From: a virus
Virus record (IMG/VR): IMGVR_UViG_3300027719_000014
Direction: 5' to 3' (one strand)
DNA length: 39,455 nt
A model generated the notes under the pieces. That model did no database searches. It was not told the DNA's origin and saw only the letters and a list, made by a program, of their open reading frames with translations. Shown piece by piece: positions 17,703-24,779 of this stretch (its first letter is position 1; every line of letters begins with the position of its first letter). The translations under genes were made by a program, and so were the position numbers.

Positions 17703-19038
17703 AAAGGCGATGCTTGTGACAGGAGTGCTGGGGGGAGGAGGGGGAGAAAATGTTATTTTATTTGATCAGTTTACCGGAGTAGATGATACTAGCCTTGACG
17801 CCCATATAATATTACCAATTAATAAAGTATCTGCGTCATGGGTGGAAGCAAACGGTGATCTAAAGATTAAATCTGGATATTTGACAGGCGTTTCATCAAC
17901 AACTTCCCCATATAGTATTGCAACCATAGACGCCGGAAGAGTAAATTATAAAATACAAGCCAAAATAAATTTAGCGGCTACTGTTTCAAATGAAAACGCC
18001 GGGGTTATTGTCAGATACGCAACCGGGCCAACGTTTTATTTGATCTGTTTTAATACTGGGTATTTTAGAATTTACGAATATGCTGCTGGGCACACAGAAA
18101 GAGCGGTTGTTGCTCATACATTTTCAAACAATACAGATTATTTACTTACAGTGATTGTCTCTGATAATAAAATAATTGCAACCGTAGACGGAGTTTCTTT
18201 GGTGTATGCCAATGCTACCAGAAACCCGTCATCAACAATTGTTGGTGCGAGAATTCAGGTATTATCACAAAAGGAAGATGACTTCAAAGTCATCTACCCC
18301 TTTCGCATGAACCAACCAATAGCTCTTGGGGATGTTTATCTTATTTTAGGTCAGTCAAACGCCGAGGGAGTTGGAACAAACAATCAAGCATATACCGGAA
18401 CAGGGGCAGCTTATTTGTTTGCTAATAATTACGCAATCAGGCAAATGGCTGACCCAACAGACAGTAACAGCCAACAAGTAGATTCTGTGTCATCGGACGC
18501 CGATGCCGCTGGAAGCTATTGGCCTATACTTGCATCATATATATCGAATAACACAGGAAGGGTTGTAACGTTTATTCCATGCGCAAAAGGCGGTTCTACT
18601 ATATTTCAATGGCAACCAGGCGCTAACCATGAAGATAGAACAACATTGATTGGATCGGCAATTTATAGAGCTAAATTAGTAGCATCTCTTGGCGGTAATT
18701 TGAGAGGTGCATTATGGCATCAAGGAGAGGGAGATGCCGCAAATAGTATTTCTCAAGAGGATTATAATAATTATCTTGACATTGTAGCTGATACACTGCG
18801 CTCCGATCTTGGGATACCACTTGTTCCATGCAAATTACAAAACTGCACAGGTCGAGATGAAACAAATGTAAATGCAGCAATCGCTGAGGCGTGGGTCGAT
18901 AATGAAAATGTTTTACAGGGGCCTGATTTTACGGACATTACTCCTTCCGAAGATGGTTTACACTTCAAAACGGACGAAGAACAGGCCACTGCTGGATTAC
19001 GATGGTGGAATGAAATTAGTATTCACTTTTATTCATAA
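17692..19038 (+). CDS. LamG/ConA-like domain fused to SGNH/SASA-type carbohydrate O-acetylesterase
   Basis: The C-terminal half has LILGQSNAEG (GQSN catalytic Ser block), ALWHQGEGDA and EDGLHF (Asp/His block), typical of sialate-O-acetylesterase (SASA/CE6-like) domains. The N-terminal about 190 aa has a LamG-like pattern (GVIVRYATGPTFYLICF...). The gene is visibly more AT-rich than its neighbours. Confidence 0.65.
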   Translation: MMNKKAMLVTGVLGGGGGENVILFDQFTGVDDTSLDAHIILPINKVSASWVEANGDLKIKSGYLTGVSSTTSPYSIATIDAGRVNYKIQAKINLAATVSNENAGVIVRYATGPTFYLICFNTGYFRIYEYAAGHTERAVVAHTFSNNTDYLLTVIVSDNKIIATVDGVSLVYANATRNPSSTIVGARIQVLSQKEDDFKVIYPFRMNQPIALGDVYLILGQSNAEGVGTNNQAYTGTGAAYLFANNYAIRQMADPTDSNSQQVDSVSSDADAAGSYWPILASYISNNTGRVVTFIPCAKGGSTIFQWQPGANHEDRTTLIGSAIYRAKLVASLGGNLRGALWHQGEGDAANSISQEDYNNYLDIVADTLRSDLGIPLVPCKLQNCTGRDETNVNAAIAEAWVDNENVLQGPDFTDITPSEDGLHFKTDEEQATAGLRWWNEISIHFYS

Positions 19039-19054
19039 CTTCAAGACACACAAT

Positions 19055-19077
19055 AAACCCGCCTCATCAGCGGGTTT
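19055..19077. terminator. Bidirectional rho-independent terminator between the convergent late and early-left operons
   Basis: aaacccgc-ctcatca-gcgggttt, with an A-tract before and a T-rich tract after, so it is usable on both strands. Confidence 0.75.
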
Positions 19078-19209
19078 CTCTTCCACCGTTCCTGTTGAAA
19101 TCGCGATATTCTACCGATTGCGTTGAATTGTCATTCCGTGATGGTAAGTAGACACGGATTGTCTATTATCCTTCGCAACCGTCAAGATTTGTTTGACGGT
19201 TCGCGGTGA

Positions 19210-19548
19210 TTATCTCTCGCCGGTAAACAGCCACTTGCGCCACTTTTTGAATCGGTTATCCAATTCTGTGACGGCGTTGTCCAGCAGGTTATCTGTTGGC
19301 ATATCTCTATACGTCATCAGGTGTATTTCGTGCGTTTCAACATTTCCGATGGTTGCGGAGATGCGAAATATTTTGTCAAAACACGGGTGTTCATTTGGCC
19401 GTCTCTCTGTTTTTATTTCGACCGTATGGATACCGCCGCAATCCAATGCTTTGAACAGCCCGTCAGCGAATTCTTGTCGCATCGCATTGATAATGTATTC
19501 ATCTGGAACGCGACCCGCTACTATTTTCTCGAGAACTAATTGCTGCAT
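19210..19548 (-). CDS. Hypothetical protein (112 aa)
   Basis: AAAGGTGAG RBS; last gene of the leftward operon; followed by a hairpin at 19174-19205. Confidence 0.65.
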   Translation of the reverse strand: MQQLVLEKIVAGRVPDEYIINAMRQEFADGLFKALDCGGIHTVEIKTERRPNEHPCFDKIFRISATIGNVETHEIHLMTYRDMPTDNLLDNAVTELDNRFKKWRKWLFTGER

Positions 19549-19661
19549 TTCTCACCTTTCTTGTGTAATTTCGTCAACCGACTGATCAATTTGCACGCCC
19601 ACCACCACGGCGTTATAGCCAGGCCGACGGCCATAGCGAACCAGTACCAGCGGGCAGGCAT
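19536..19661 (-). CDS. Possible small membrane protein (41 aa, MPARWYWFAMAVGLAITPWWWACKLISRL...)
   Basis: Trp-rich hydrophobic segment. The start is uncertain: the ORF track extends to 19808 but that overlaps the upstream gene, and no clear RBS is present. Confidence 0.3.
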   Translation of the reverse strand: MPARWYWFAMAVGLAITPWWWACKLISRLTKLHKKGEKCSN

Positions 19662-19707
19662 GACGTAGCCGGGGCGGGTGTCTATCGAGTTCACAAAACG
19701 CCCACGT

Positions 19708-19992
19708 TCATTTCGGCTCCTGTACTCGCGTTCCGACCAACACGGTCTTTGCAAATGCACGCCTATCGTTGTCGTCGCTTTCGCCAGCAATAAGCAATTC
19801 CGTAACAAGATAATCTAGCTTATCTTCCGCTTTCTTTCTCGCCTCGACCTCTTCCGCGTACATGGCGAGGAGACGGGCGCTTAGCTTACGCGTTCGTGCG
19901 CTGCTCTTTCCCTTATCTTGATCGAAGGCGCACCATGCGGAAAATTGATTAACCAACTTCTCAAACTCGTCCAGCTTCTCAAACTCGTTCAT
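19708..19992 (-). CDS. Hypothetical protein (94 aa, coiled-coil)
   Basis: Start taken at the ATGA overlap with the upstream gene (MNEFEKLDEFEKL...) rather than the track start at 20028. Confidence 0.55.
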   Translation of the reverse strand: MNEFEKLDEFEKLVNQFSAWCAFDQDKGKSSARTRKLSARLLAMYAEEVEARKKAEDKLDYLVTELLIAGESDDNDRRAFAKTVLVGTRVQEPK

Positions 19993-20315
19993 TCTCCGCC
20001 GCCTTTCAGCGCGTTGCCGATGATGCAATCAGGAGCGTGGTGGTCAGTTTCCAAATTACCGCACGACAAGCATCCGCGAATTATTTTGTACTGTTTGTCT
20101 TGCGGATCATCATTGATCCAGTACATAGTGGAGTGTCCTGACCACTCTAGTTCCTTCAGCGCCTCGCGAAGTTTTGCGTTTTCGGCGCGGAGTTGGTCTT
20201 CGACGGTAATAATCTGGCACATAATACCGCCGCATCGTTGGCATTCGTATGATTGCGGATCGTGTTCTGTTCGTCCGCATACATCGCACTGATAATCGCC
20301 TTTCAATTCACTCAT
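19989..20315 (-). CDS. Zinc-ribbon protein with C-terminal LEW-CxxC-H..C module
   Basis: AGGAGG RBS. N-terminal CDVC...CQRC; coiled coil; C-terminus LKELEWSG...CLSCGNLETDHHAPDCIIGNAL. Confidence 0.7.
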   Translation of the reverse strand: MSELKGDYQCDVCGRTEHDPQSYECQRCGGIMCQIITVEDQLRAENAKLREALKELEWSGHSTMYWINDDPQDKQYKIIRGCLSCGNLETDHHAPDCIIGNALKGGGE

Positions 20316-20465
20316 CGCATCCTCCTAATCAAAAAGCCGCCTCCAACCTATATACCGATTCTTGCTTAGGGATTCGGGCGTGTGGTTGGAAACGGCTCTT
20401 TGACTGGTATAAAAACACCCTGAAATCCCTAAGCAGTTATATTATAGCTCGCTGTAATACCTTTG

Positions 20466-20861
20466 TCAACTACCAATATTTAGCGCCTTATCCAGGGCGC
20501 AATCCGGCGCGTGCTTTCCTCCAGACTGCGGCATTTCGCAGATGTAGCAGCCCGGCACAAGCTCGTGCTTTTCATTGCGGACTGTATCGCACCACTCGAG
20601 CGTTTTTAGGACGGCGCGGAGTTGGTCAATTGGGGCTTGCGGCACGTTGTCGAAATCAAGCCATGATTTGTGATATGTCCACCCGCCAGACCAAGCGTCT
20701 TTGCCAATTTCTATGTAGAAATCATTGCCACATGGTAAGGCAACATTATCAACATCTATAACCGTTCCTGCAAGTTTGCTCATTTCGTCATTGAATACGA
20801 ACGGAACATCCCAACCGGTTACGACCGTACCTACTGGCATATCGCGCACTTTTGCTCTCAC
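20466..20861 (-). CDS. Hypothetical protein with C-terminal LEW-CxxC-H..C module
   Basis: GTG start with a GGAAGGAAGG RBS. C-terminus LKTLEWCD...CYICEMPQSGGKHAPDCALDKAL. Confidence 0.65.
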   Translation of the reverse strand: MRAKVRDMPVGTVVTGWDVPFVFNDEMSKLAGTVIDVDNVALPCGNDFYIEIGKDAWSGGWTYHKSWLDFDNVPQAPIDQLRAVLKTLEWCDTVRNEKHELVPGCYICEMPQSGGKHAPDCALDKALNIGS

Positions 20862-20864
20862 TTC

Positions 20865-21041
20865 TCACCTTCCTTCCACATGGCGTACCAGCTTCTTGTT
20901 GTCCGCTTTCACGGCTTTTGCGTCCAACCCGCGGCGGTAGCAATCCACGGCGCAGGACGCGCACGACTTGCCTAGCGAGTACACCACGGCTAGGCACTCT
21001 CGCTCTGGCGTCGGCGGTTGTGTTACGGTACACAGATTCAT
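20865..21041 (-). CDS. Possible small Cys-rich protein (58 aa, MNLCTVTQPPTPERECLAVVYSLGKSCASCAVDCYRRG...)
   Basis: ATGA overlap with the stop of 21038..21691 and a GAGGAAA RBS. It fills the gap exactly and is below the track cut-off. Confidence 0.45.
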   Translation of the reverse strand: MNLCTVTQPPTPERECLAVVYSLGKSCASCAVDCYRRGLDAKAVKADNKKLVRHVEGR

Positions 21042-21691
21042 GCTTTCCTCTCAATCTCTGTGAGCCACACCCAGGGCGAATCCTCGTATGGCATTGGATA
21101 CGTATCGTTCCAGAATATTTTGAATACTTCTTTGCGCGGGTGATCAAGTGTTTTTAGATCAGCAAGATTGTCGCAATACATTCCAGCTTCTATTGCGTCG
21201 AATTCGTCAACGTCCTGCACCCGCATGACGCGAGTGTTGCCGACTACGCCGGACAAACGCGACGCCCAGCGCGGCATGATTACTGAACTAATCCACGGCG
21301 AAGCCTCTGACCCGTCCTTGTTGAATTTATATCCGCCATCTTCGTCGCACGCCATTACGTTTGGATTACTCGCTGAATACCAAACGCATGATTGATCTTC
21401 GTTGCCATCTGGCGTATAAACCAACATGCCGTTGTCGTCTCTTTTGCGCGTCCACGTCTCGCGCCCCCACCAGTCGGAACCTGGAGCGCCGAAAGGCGAA
21501 TACTTTTCGATAAGTCGCGCAGTGGAAACGTCAGACCAAATTCCGTAATGCTTCGATCTGAAATACCAGTCAGAGCCGGGAACATTGGTGCATTCTCTAA
21601 ATTCTGTCAGCTTCACCGGCCTGATCAACAGCACCCGCCCCTTGCCGAGCAGGGCGCGTACCTCGTGGTCGCGCAGGTTGATTGCGTTCAT
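21038..21691 (-). CDS. Hypothetical protein, ASCH/PUA-like phage protein family candidate
   Basis: The pattern LRDHEVRALLGKGRVLLIRPVK...PWISSVIMPRWASRL...VQDVDEFDAIEAG is common in phage ASCH-like proteins. ATGA overlap with the upstream gene. Confidence 0.45.
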   Translation of the reverse strand: MNAINLRDHEVRALLGKGRVLLIRPVKLTEFRECTNVPGSDWYFRSKHYGIWSDVSTARLIEKYSPFGAPGSDWWGRETWTRKRDDNGMLVYTPDGNEDQSCVWYSASNPNVMACDEDGGYKFNKDGSEASPWISSVIMPRWASRLSGVVGNTRVMRVQDVDEFDAIEAGMYCDNLADLKTLDHPRKEVFKIFWNDTYPMPYEDSPWVWLTEIERKA

Positions 21692-21876
21692 TCTTCCTCG
21701 ACTTTCTCAAAACGGTCGGCGCTGTAGTCGCATGACATGCAAACATCATCGTGGATTACAACGCGGTTCAGCATTGGAATAACTTGGGTTACAAGATATT
21801 CTCTACCAACCGCAATATCCTCGTACCAGTATTTCTTATCCACACACCTCACCTTGTCGCCAGCTTTCAGTTCCAT
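21688..21876 (-). CDS. Hypothetical protein (62 aa)
   Basis: AAGGTG RBS; tight packing in the operon. Confidence 0.55.
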   Translation of the reverse strand: MELKAGDKVRCVDKKYWYEDIAVGREYLVTQVIPMLNRVVIHDDVCMSCDYSADRFEKVEEE

Positions 21877-22070
21877 CGTTCACCTTCTTTCATTAGCGCA
21901 TAGTCTATGTCGGAAACCGGTTCGAAATATTGAAGATGTGCGAACAGGAAAGCAATAAATTCATTTCCTCTAAATAGGCACGTGTCGTCAACAACTTCAA
22001 ATAGCTCTCCTGCTTTTGCGCTCTTATCTGGATAATCTTTGATACAGACGGCCCAATGGTATTCAGTCAT
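21867..22070 (-). CDS. Hypothetical protein (67 aa)
   Basis: Start moved to MTEYHW (GAAGGT RBS, 2 nt after the upstream stop) rather than 22109. Confidence 0.5.
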   Translation of the reverse strand: MTEYHWAVCIKDYPDKSAKAGELFEVVDDTCLFRGNEFIAFLFAHLQYFEPVSDIDYALMKEGERWN

Positions 22071-22072
22071 CG

Positions 22073-22267
22073 TTAACCTTCTTCTTCCTCTGGGTTTCTG
22101 TCTTGCCATTCTTTCAGGCAGTCCATTCCGCGAAGATTGCAGACGTAGGTTTCGTCCTCAACTTCTTTCATGTCGCCCAGGTCGCGGACTTCGCCGCAAA
22201 TAGCGCACACCGCATGATAAATTCCGTCTGGTGGTTCGCGGGTATCCTCGATGTCTCGGTCGTTCAT
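22073..22267 (-). CDS. Hypothetical small Cys-containing acidic protein (64 aa)
   Basis: AGGAGA RBS; CAIC...C...C. Confidence 0.55.
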   Translation of the reverse strand: MNDRDIEDTREPPDGIYHAVCAICGEVRDLGDMKEVEDETYVCNLRGMDCLKEWQDRNPEEEEG

Positions 22268-22309
22268 CGCGTCTCTCCTATGCGTGAAATATTCGCATCC
22301 CGTTAGCGG

Positions 22310-22720
22310 TTACTTCGTGTTGCGGATTACTACGTCAAATCCACCGTAACAACCGTTATGCTCGTTGTGCGTTTCGAGCGTAAATGTTCCCCTGCTTGTA
22401 TTCACAAGCAAAAATTGTACTTCATCATGATCGCCGTATTCGTCGGGAACATCTGGCGCTTCTCTCAGTTCGCACCCCAAGAATATCGCTCCATTGAATT
22501 CTTCCGGCTTGTCGTCGGTACGAATGTAGCGACTTTCACAACACGATTGATCATCATCCCATATTTTTATACCCGTTTTGTCTGTAAACATAAGTATCAA
22601 AACGTTGTCGTCAATCTTCGCACTTTCAATTACCTTGTTGATGGCGGCTAAGTGAGCTTTAACTGTTTCTTCGTTGCCACACAAATAGTTAATCATTACT
22701 CCCATTCCTGGTTGCCCCAT
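22310..22720 (-). CDS. Hypothetical protein (136 aa)
   Basis: AGGAGA RBS 9 nt upstream of the start; no motif recognised. Confidence 0.6.
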   Translation of the reverse strand: MGQPGMGVMINYLCGNEETVKAHLAAINKVIESAKIDDNVLILMFTDKTGIKIWDDDQSCCESRYIRTDDKPEEFNGAIFLGCELREAPDVPDEYGDHDEVQFLLVNTSRGTFTLETHNEHNGCYGGFDVVIRNTK

Positions 22721-22770
22721 TTCATTCTCTCCTACCGGTGATCGGCTCCACCGGAAGAGGGTTAGATGTG

Positions 22771-23955
22771 TTACAGATCCATTTCTTGCTGACCGGCGTC
22801 CTTCAACGATTCCGGCCAGATGCTTAGCAATTCTTTCTTTGCCATTTCGTCAATGACATATTCGCCGCTGCCGTTGTCTGCCTTGACCGGCTTCAACCAA
22901 TCCAGCAGAGCCTTGACGACAGTTCCGTCTAAATCTTTCAGGCTGTCTTTTCCGAACATATACTTGATGCACGAGTGACGGATCTTATCAGCGTCCGCAT
23001 TACCAGCGAACGGAAGTTCCAACATGGACGCAAGCAATCCGATTTGTTGCGGACTTACTTCTACAACGCCATTATACGTTGCGGCTTTCTTATAAAGCAA
23101 CTCGCGTAGATGTTCTGGCGTAAATGGGCGCGTCGGTTTCTCTTGGACCTGGTCCACAACTTCCGCCGGTATCGCATCCGCGCTGGCTTTTACCGCATCG
23201 ATAAGCGGCGTGGGGGTGGTGGGCGGTGTGTGTACCGTTGGCTTGCTTTCTGGCCGGGGGGTGGTGGGCACGTGGTAATCTTCATCCGCAAAATCTTCCA
23301 TATCCTGCGTGAAGTATTCGCTCGTTCCGGTAGCGATCAGGGTGGCTGCAACAAGTGCGCGTTTCTGCGCCATTTTAAGGATAGTATTGACGGATTCTGC
23401 TACATCTGGATTTGCAATCTGCCCGACGTCCTGCGATTCGATCAGCTTGTCGCCGTTCGCAAATTTTGCACCACAGCCACCTTTATTCTTGAAACACAAC
23501 CAGCCTCCGCCGTATTCTTCCTTGCCCTTGATGATCGCTTCTGCGCCACACTTCGGGCATTTACGGCCAGACTTGCGATAACGGTATTTCTTCTCCCACG
23601 AGTTGCAGGAACCGTCAGCCGATGCGATGCGCTGATCACCGTGGAACAGAACACACTTGATGCGGTAGTAGAAGAACGGCTCTCCGTTGTGGTTCGAACC
23701 CGTCCAATCTTCCACGGTCTGTACGTCAAGGAACTCTGGCGAAAGACCGAAGAAACTGGTCATTTTCTCGGCGCCCGGCTTTAGCAGCGTTTTCTTGTCT
23801 GTGCCGGGGATGGCTCCAAAGTCAACGCCCTCGCGCAGAATACTTTTGACGAACTCGTGTTTTACGCCGTAGGCTTTCTGAATGTCAGCCAAAGCCATAA
23901 CCGGCATAAGTGAGTTCTGCTGCTGGTACACTACAATTCCATTATCGTCTGTCAT
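22771..23955 (-). CDS. Single-strand annealing / recombination protein candidate (RecT/Redbeta-like core) with inserted Cys4 zinc ribbon
   Basis: GGAGGA RBS. VDFGAIPGTDKKTLLKPGAEKM and NTILKMAQKRALVAATLIATG resemble conserved blocks of phage annealing proteins (compare the Bet MLRHKAMIQCARLAF block). CPKCGAEAI...CFKNKGGCGAKF lies between them. The C-terminal tail is Pro/Thr-rich. Confidence 0.45.
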   Translation of the reverse strand: MTDDNGIVVYQQQNSLMPVMALADIQKAYGVKHEFVKSILREGVDFGAIPGTDKKTLLKPGAEKMTSFFGLSPEFLDVQTVEDWTGSNHNGEPFFYYRIKCVLFHGDQRIASADGSCNSWEKKYRYRKSGRKCPKCGAEAIIKGKEEYGGGWLCFKNKGGCGAKFANGDKLIESQDVGQIANPDVAESVNTILKMAQKRALVAATLIATGTSEYFTQDMEDFADEDYHVPTTPRPESKPTVHTPPTTPTPLIDAVKASADAIPAEVVDQVQEKPTRPFTPEHLRELLYKKAATYNGVVEVSPQQIGLLASMLELPFAGNADADKIRHSCIKYMFGKDSLKDLDGTVVKALLDWLKPVKADNGSGEYVIDEMAKKELLSIWPESLKDAGQQEMDL

Positions 23956-24125
23956 TTTTCATCCTCCACTATATGATCTTGCAGGATATTCCCGCAAGTT
24001 ACGCAGCGCACAAACGGATCATCTTCTTCGTGCGTGATCGGACTGCCATCTTCGCCAATTCCCAACGTGACTTCGTGCGGGTCGCTGACGATCTCGGTCG
24101 TCTCGTGTTGGCAATTAGCGGTCAT
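23952..24125 (-). CDS. Hypothetical small acidic Cys-containing protein (57 aa)
   Basis: Start moved to MTANCQHE to reduce the overlap with the upstream gene; C...CVTC. Confidence 0.45.
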   Translation of the reverse strand: MTANCQHETTEIVSDPHEVTLGIGEDGSPITHEEDDPFVRCVTCGNILQDHIVEDEK

Positions 24126-24453
24126 CGTCGTCACCCCACCCATTCGGATTGGCAACAGTTCTGGGATCGCCTGTACAGGCATCTGGTGGGTTCTCGGCCG
24201 TATCCCAACCGTTCTTGTCTATCACGGCTTGCATCTGTTCGCGGATGTTGTCGAATTGCGGGTGGCTGACCGATACAGGATCGCCGCCGATGCTGGTGTA
24301 TACCGTGTCCTGGGGAGCCTTGATCTTGCGGTTATGGTTCACCTCGAACAGTAGCCACGAATCGCAACTGCCTTCGCTGGAATACATTACTTCGGCAAAT
24401 GCCCGCGTCCACGGGTAGTCAGTCGTACCATGAAGATCGTCATAAATTGCCAT
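24115..24453 (-). CDS. Hypothetical acidic protein (112 aa)
   Basis: GGAGGC RBS; early position in the leftward operon. Confidence 0.6.
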   Translation of the reverse strand: MAIYDDLHGTTDYPWTRAFAEVMYSSEGSCDSWLLFEVNHNRKIKAPQDTVYTSIGGDPVSVSHPQFDNIREQMQAVIDKNGWDTAENPPDACTGDPRTVANPNGWGDDDDR

Positions 24454-24465
24454 TGGTTGCCTCCG

Positions 24466-24627
24466 TTACTTTTTGATAAACCAGAATGCGCCACCGATCA
24501 CAATGAATCCACCCCACAGCATACGGGCGTAGTCATTTTGAAATGATCCAATGACCATGTTTGCCAATCAGTACGATCCAAGAAATGATCCGATGCTTGT
24601 GGTTAGAATTGTTTTTAGTAGTTTCAT
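24466..24627 (-). CDS. Small hydrophobic peptide(s): MKLLKTILTTSIGSFLGSY-TGA-LANMVIGSFQNDYARMLWGGFIVIGGAFWFIKK
   Basis: GGAGGA RBS before the ATG at 24627. A 19-codon ORF stops at the TGA at 24568-24570. The same frame stays open for 33 more codons to the TAA at 24466. Confidence 0.3.
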
Positions 24628-24655
24628 TTCCATTCCTCCGATAAATTTGATTTGC

Positions 24656-24682
24656 TTTATAGTAGCACGACTTGCGCGTCAA
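24656..24682 (-). promoter_or_regulatory. Candidate leftward early promoter (TTGACG-N15-TATAAA on the minus strand)
   Basis: Minus-strand -35 at 24682-24677 and -10 at 24661-24656, about 30 nt upstream of the first leftward RBS. The spacer is short (15 nt). Confidence 0.35.
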
Positions 24683-24686
24683 AGAA

Positions 24687-24707
24687 AGTGACATTCGTCT
24701 TAAGTTT
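24687..24707 (-). repeat. 21-nt element aaacttaagacgaatgtcact (minus-strand orientation), inverted copy of 30829-30849
   Basis: Exact reverse-complement match read by eye. Weaker similarity continues for about 35 nt into the promoter-like sequence. Confidence 0.9.
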
Positions 24708-24779
24708 CGCAGTAATTTGGCACTTGCTTGTGACAACCGAAAGTCGTAAACTGTTTATAGGTGGATGGCAGCGCGAAAA

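Noticed and set aside
19193-19585. 130-aa plus-strand ORF 19193..19585
   Set aside because: It lies downstream of the bidirectional terminator and antisense to the RBS-preceded 19210..19548(-) gene. Its translation is Ser/Cys/Ile-rich and looks non-protein-like.
20788-21157. ORFs 20788..21147(-) and 20852..21157(+)
   Set aside because: Arg-rich translations overlapping the ends of well-supported genes. The gap is better explained by the 58-aa ATGA-coupled ORF at 20865..21041(-).
23110-23784. 224-aa plus-strand ORF antisense to the annealing-protein gene (also 23309..23581, 23442..23729, 23687..23872)
   Set aside because: It lies entirely within a motif-bearing minus-strand gene, has no RBS and has an Arg/Phe-rich, shadow-ORF-like composition.
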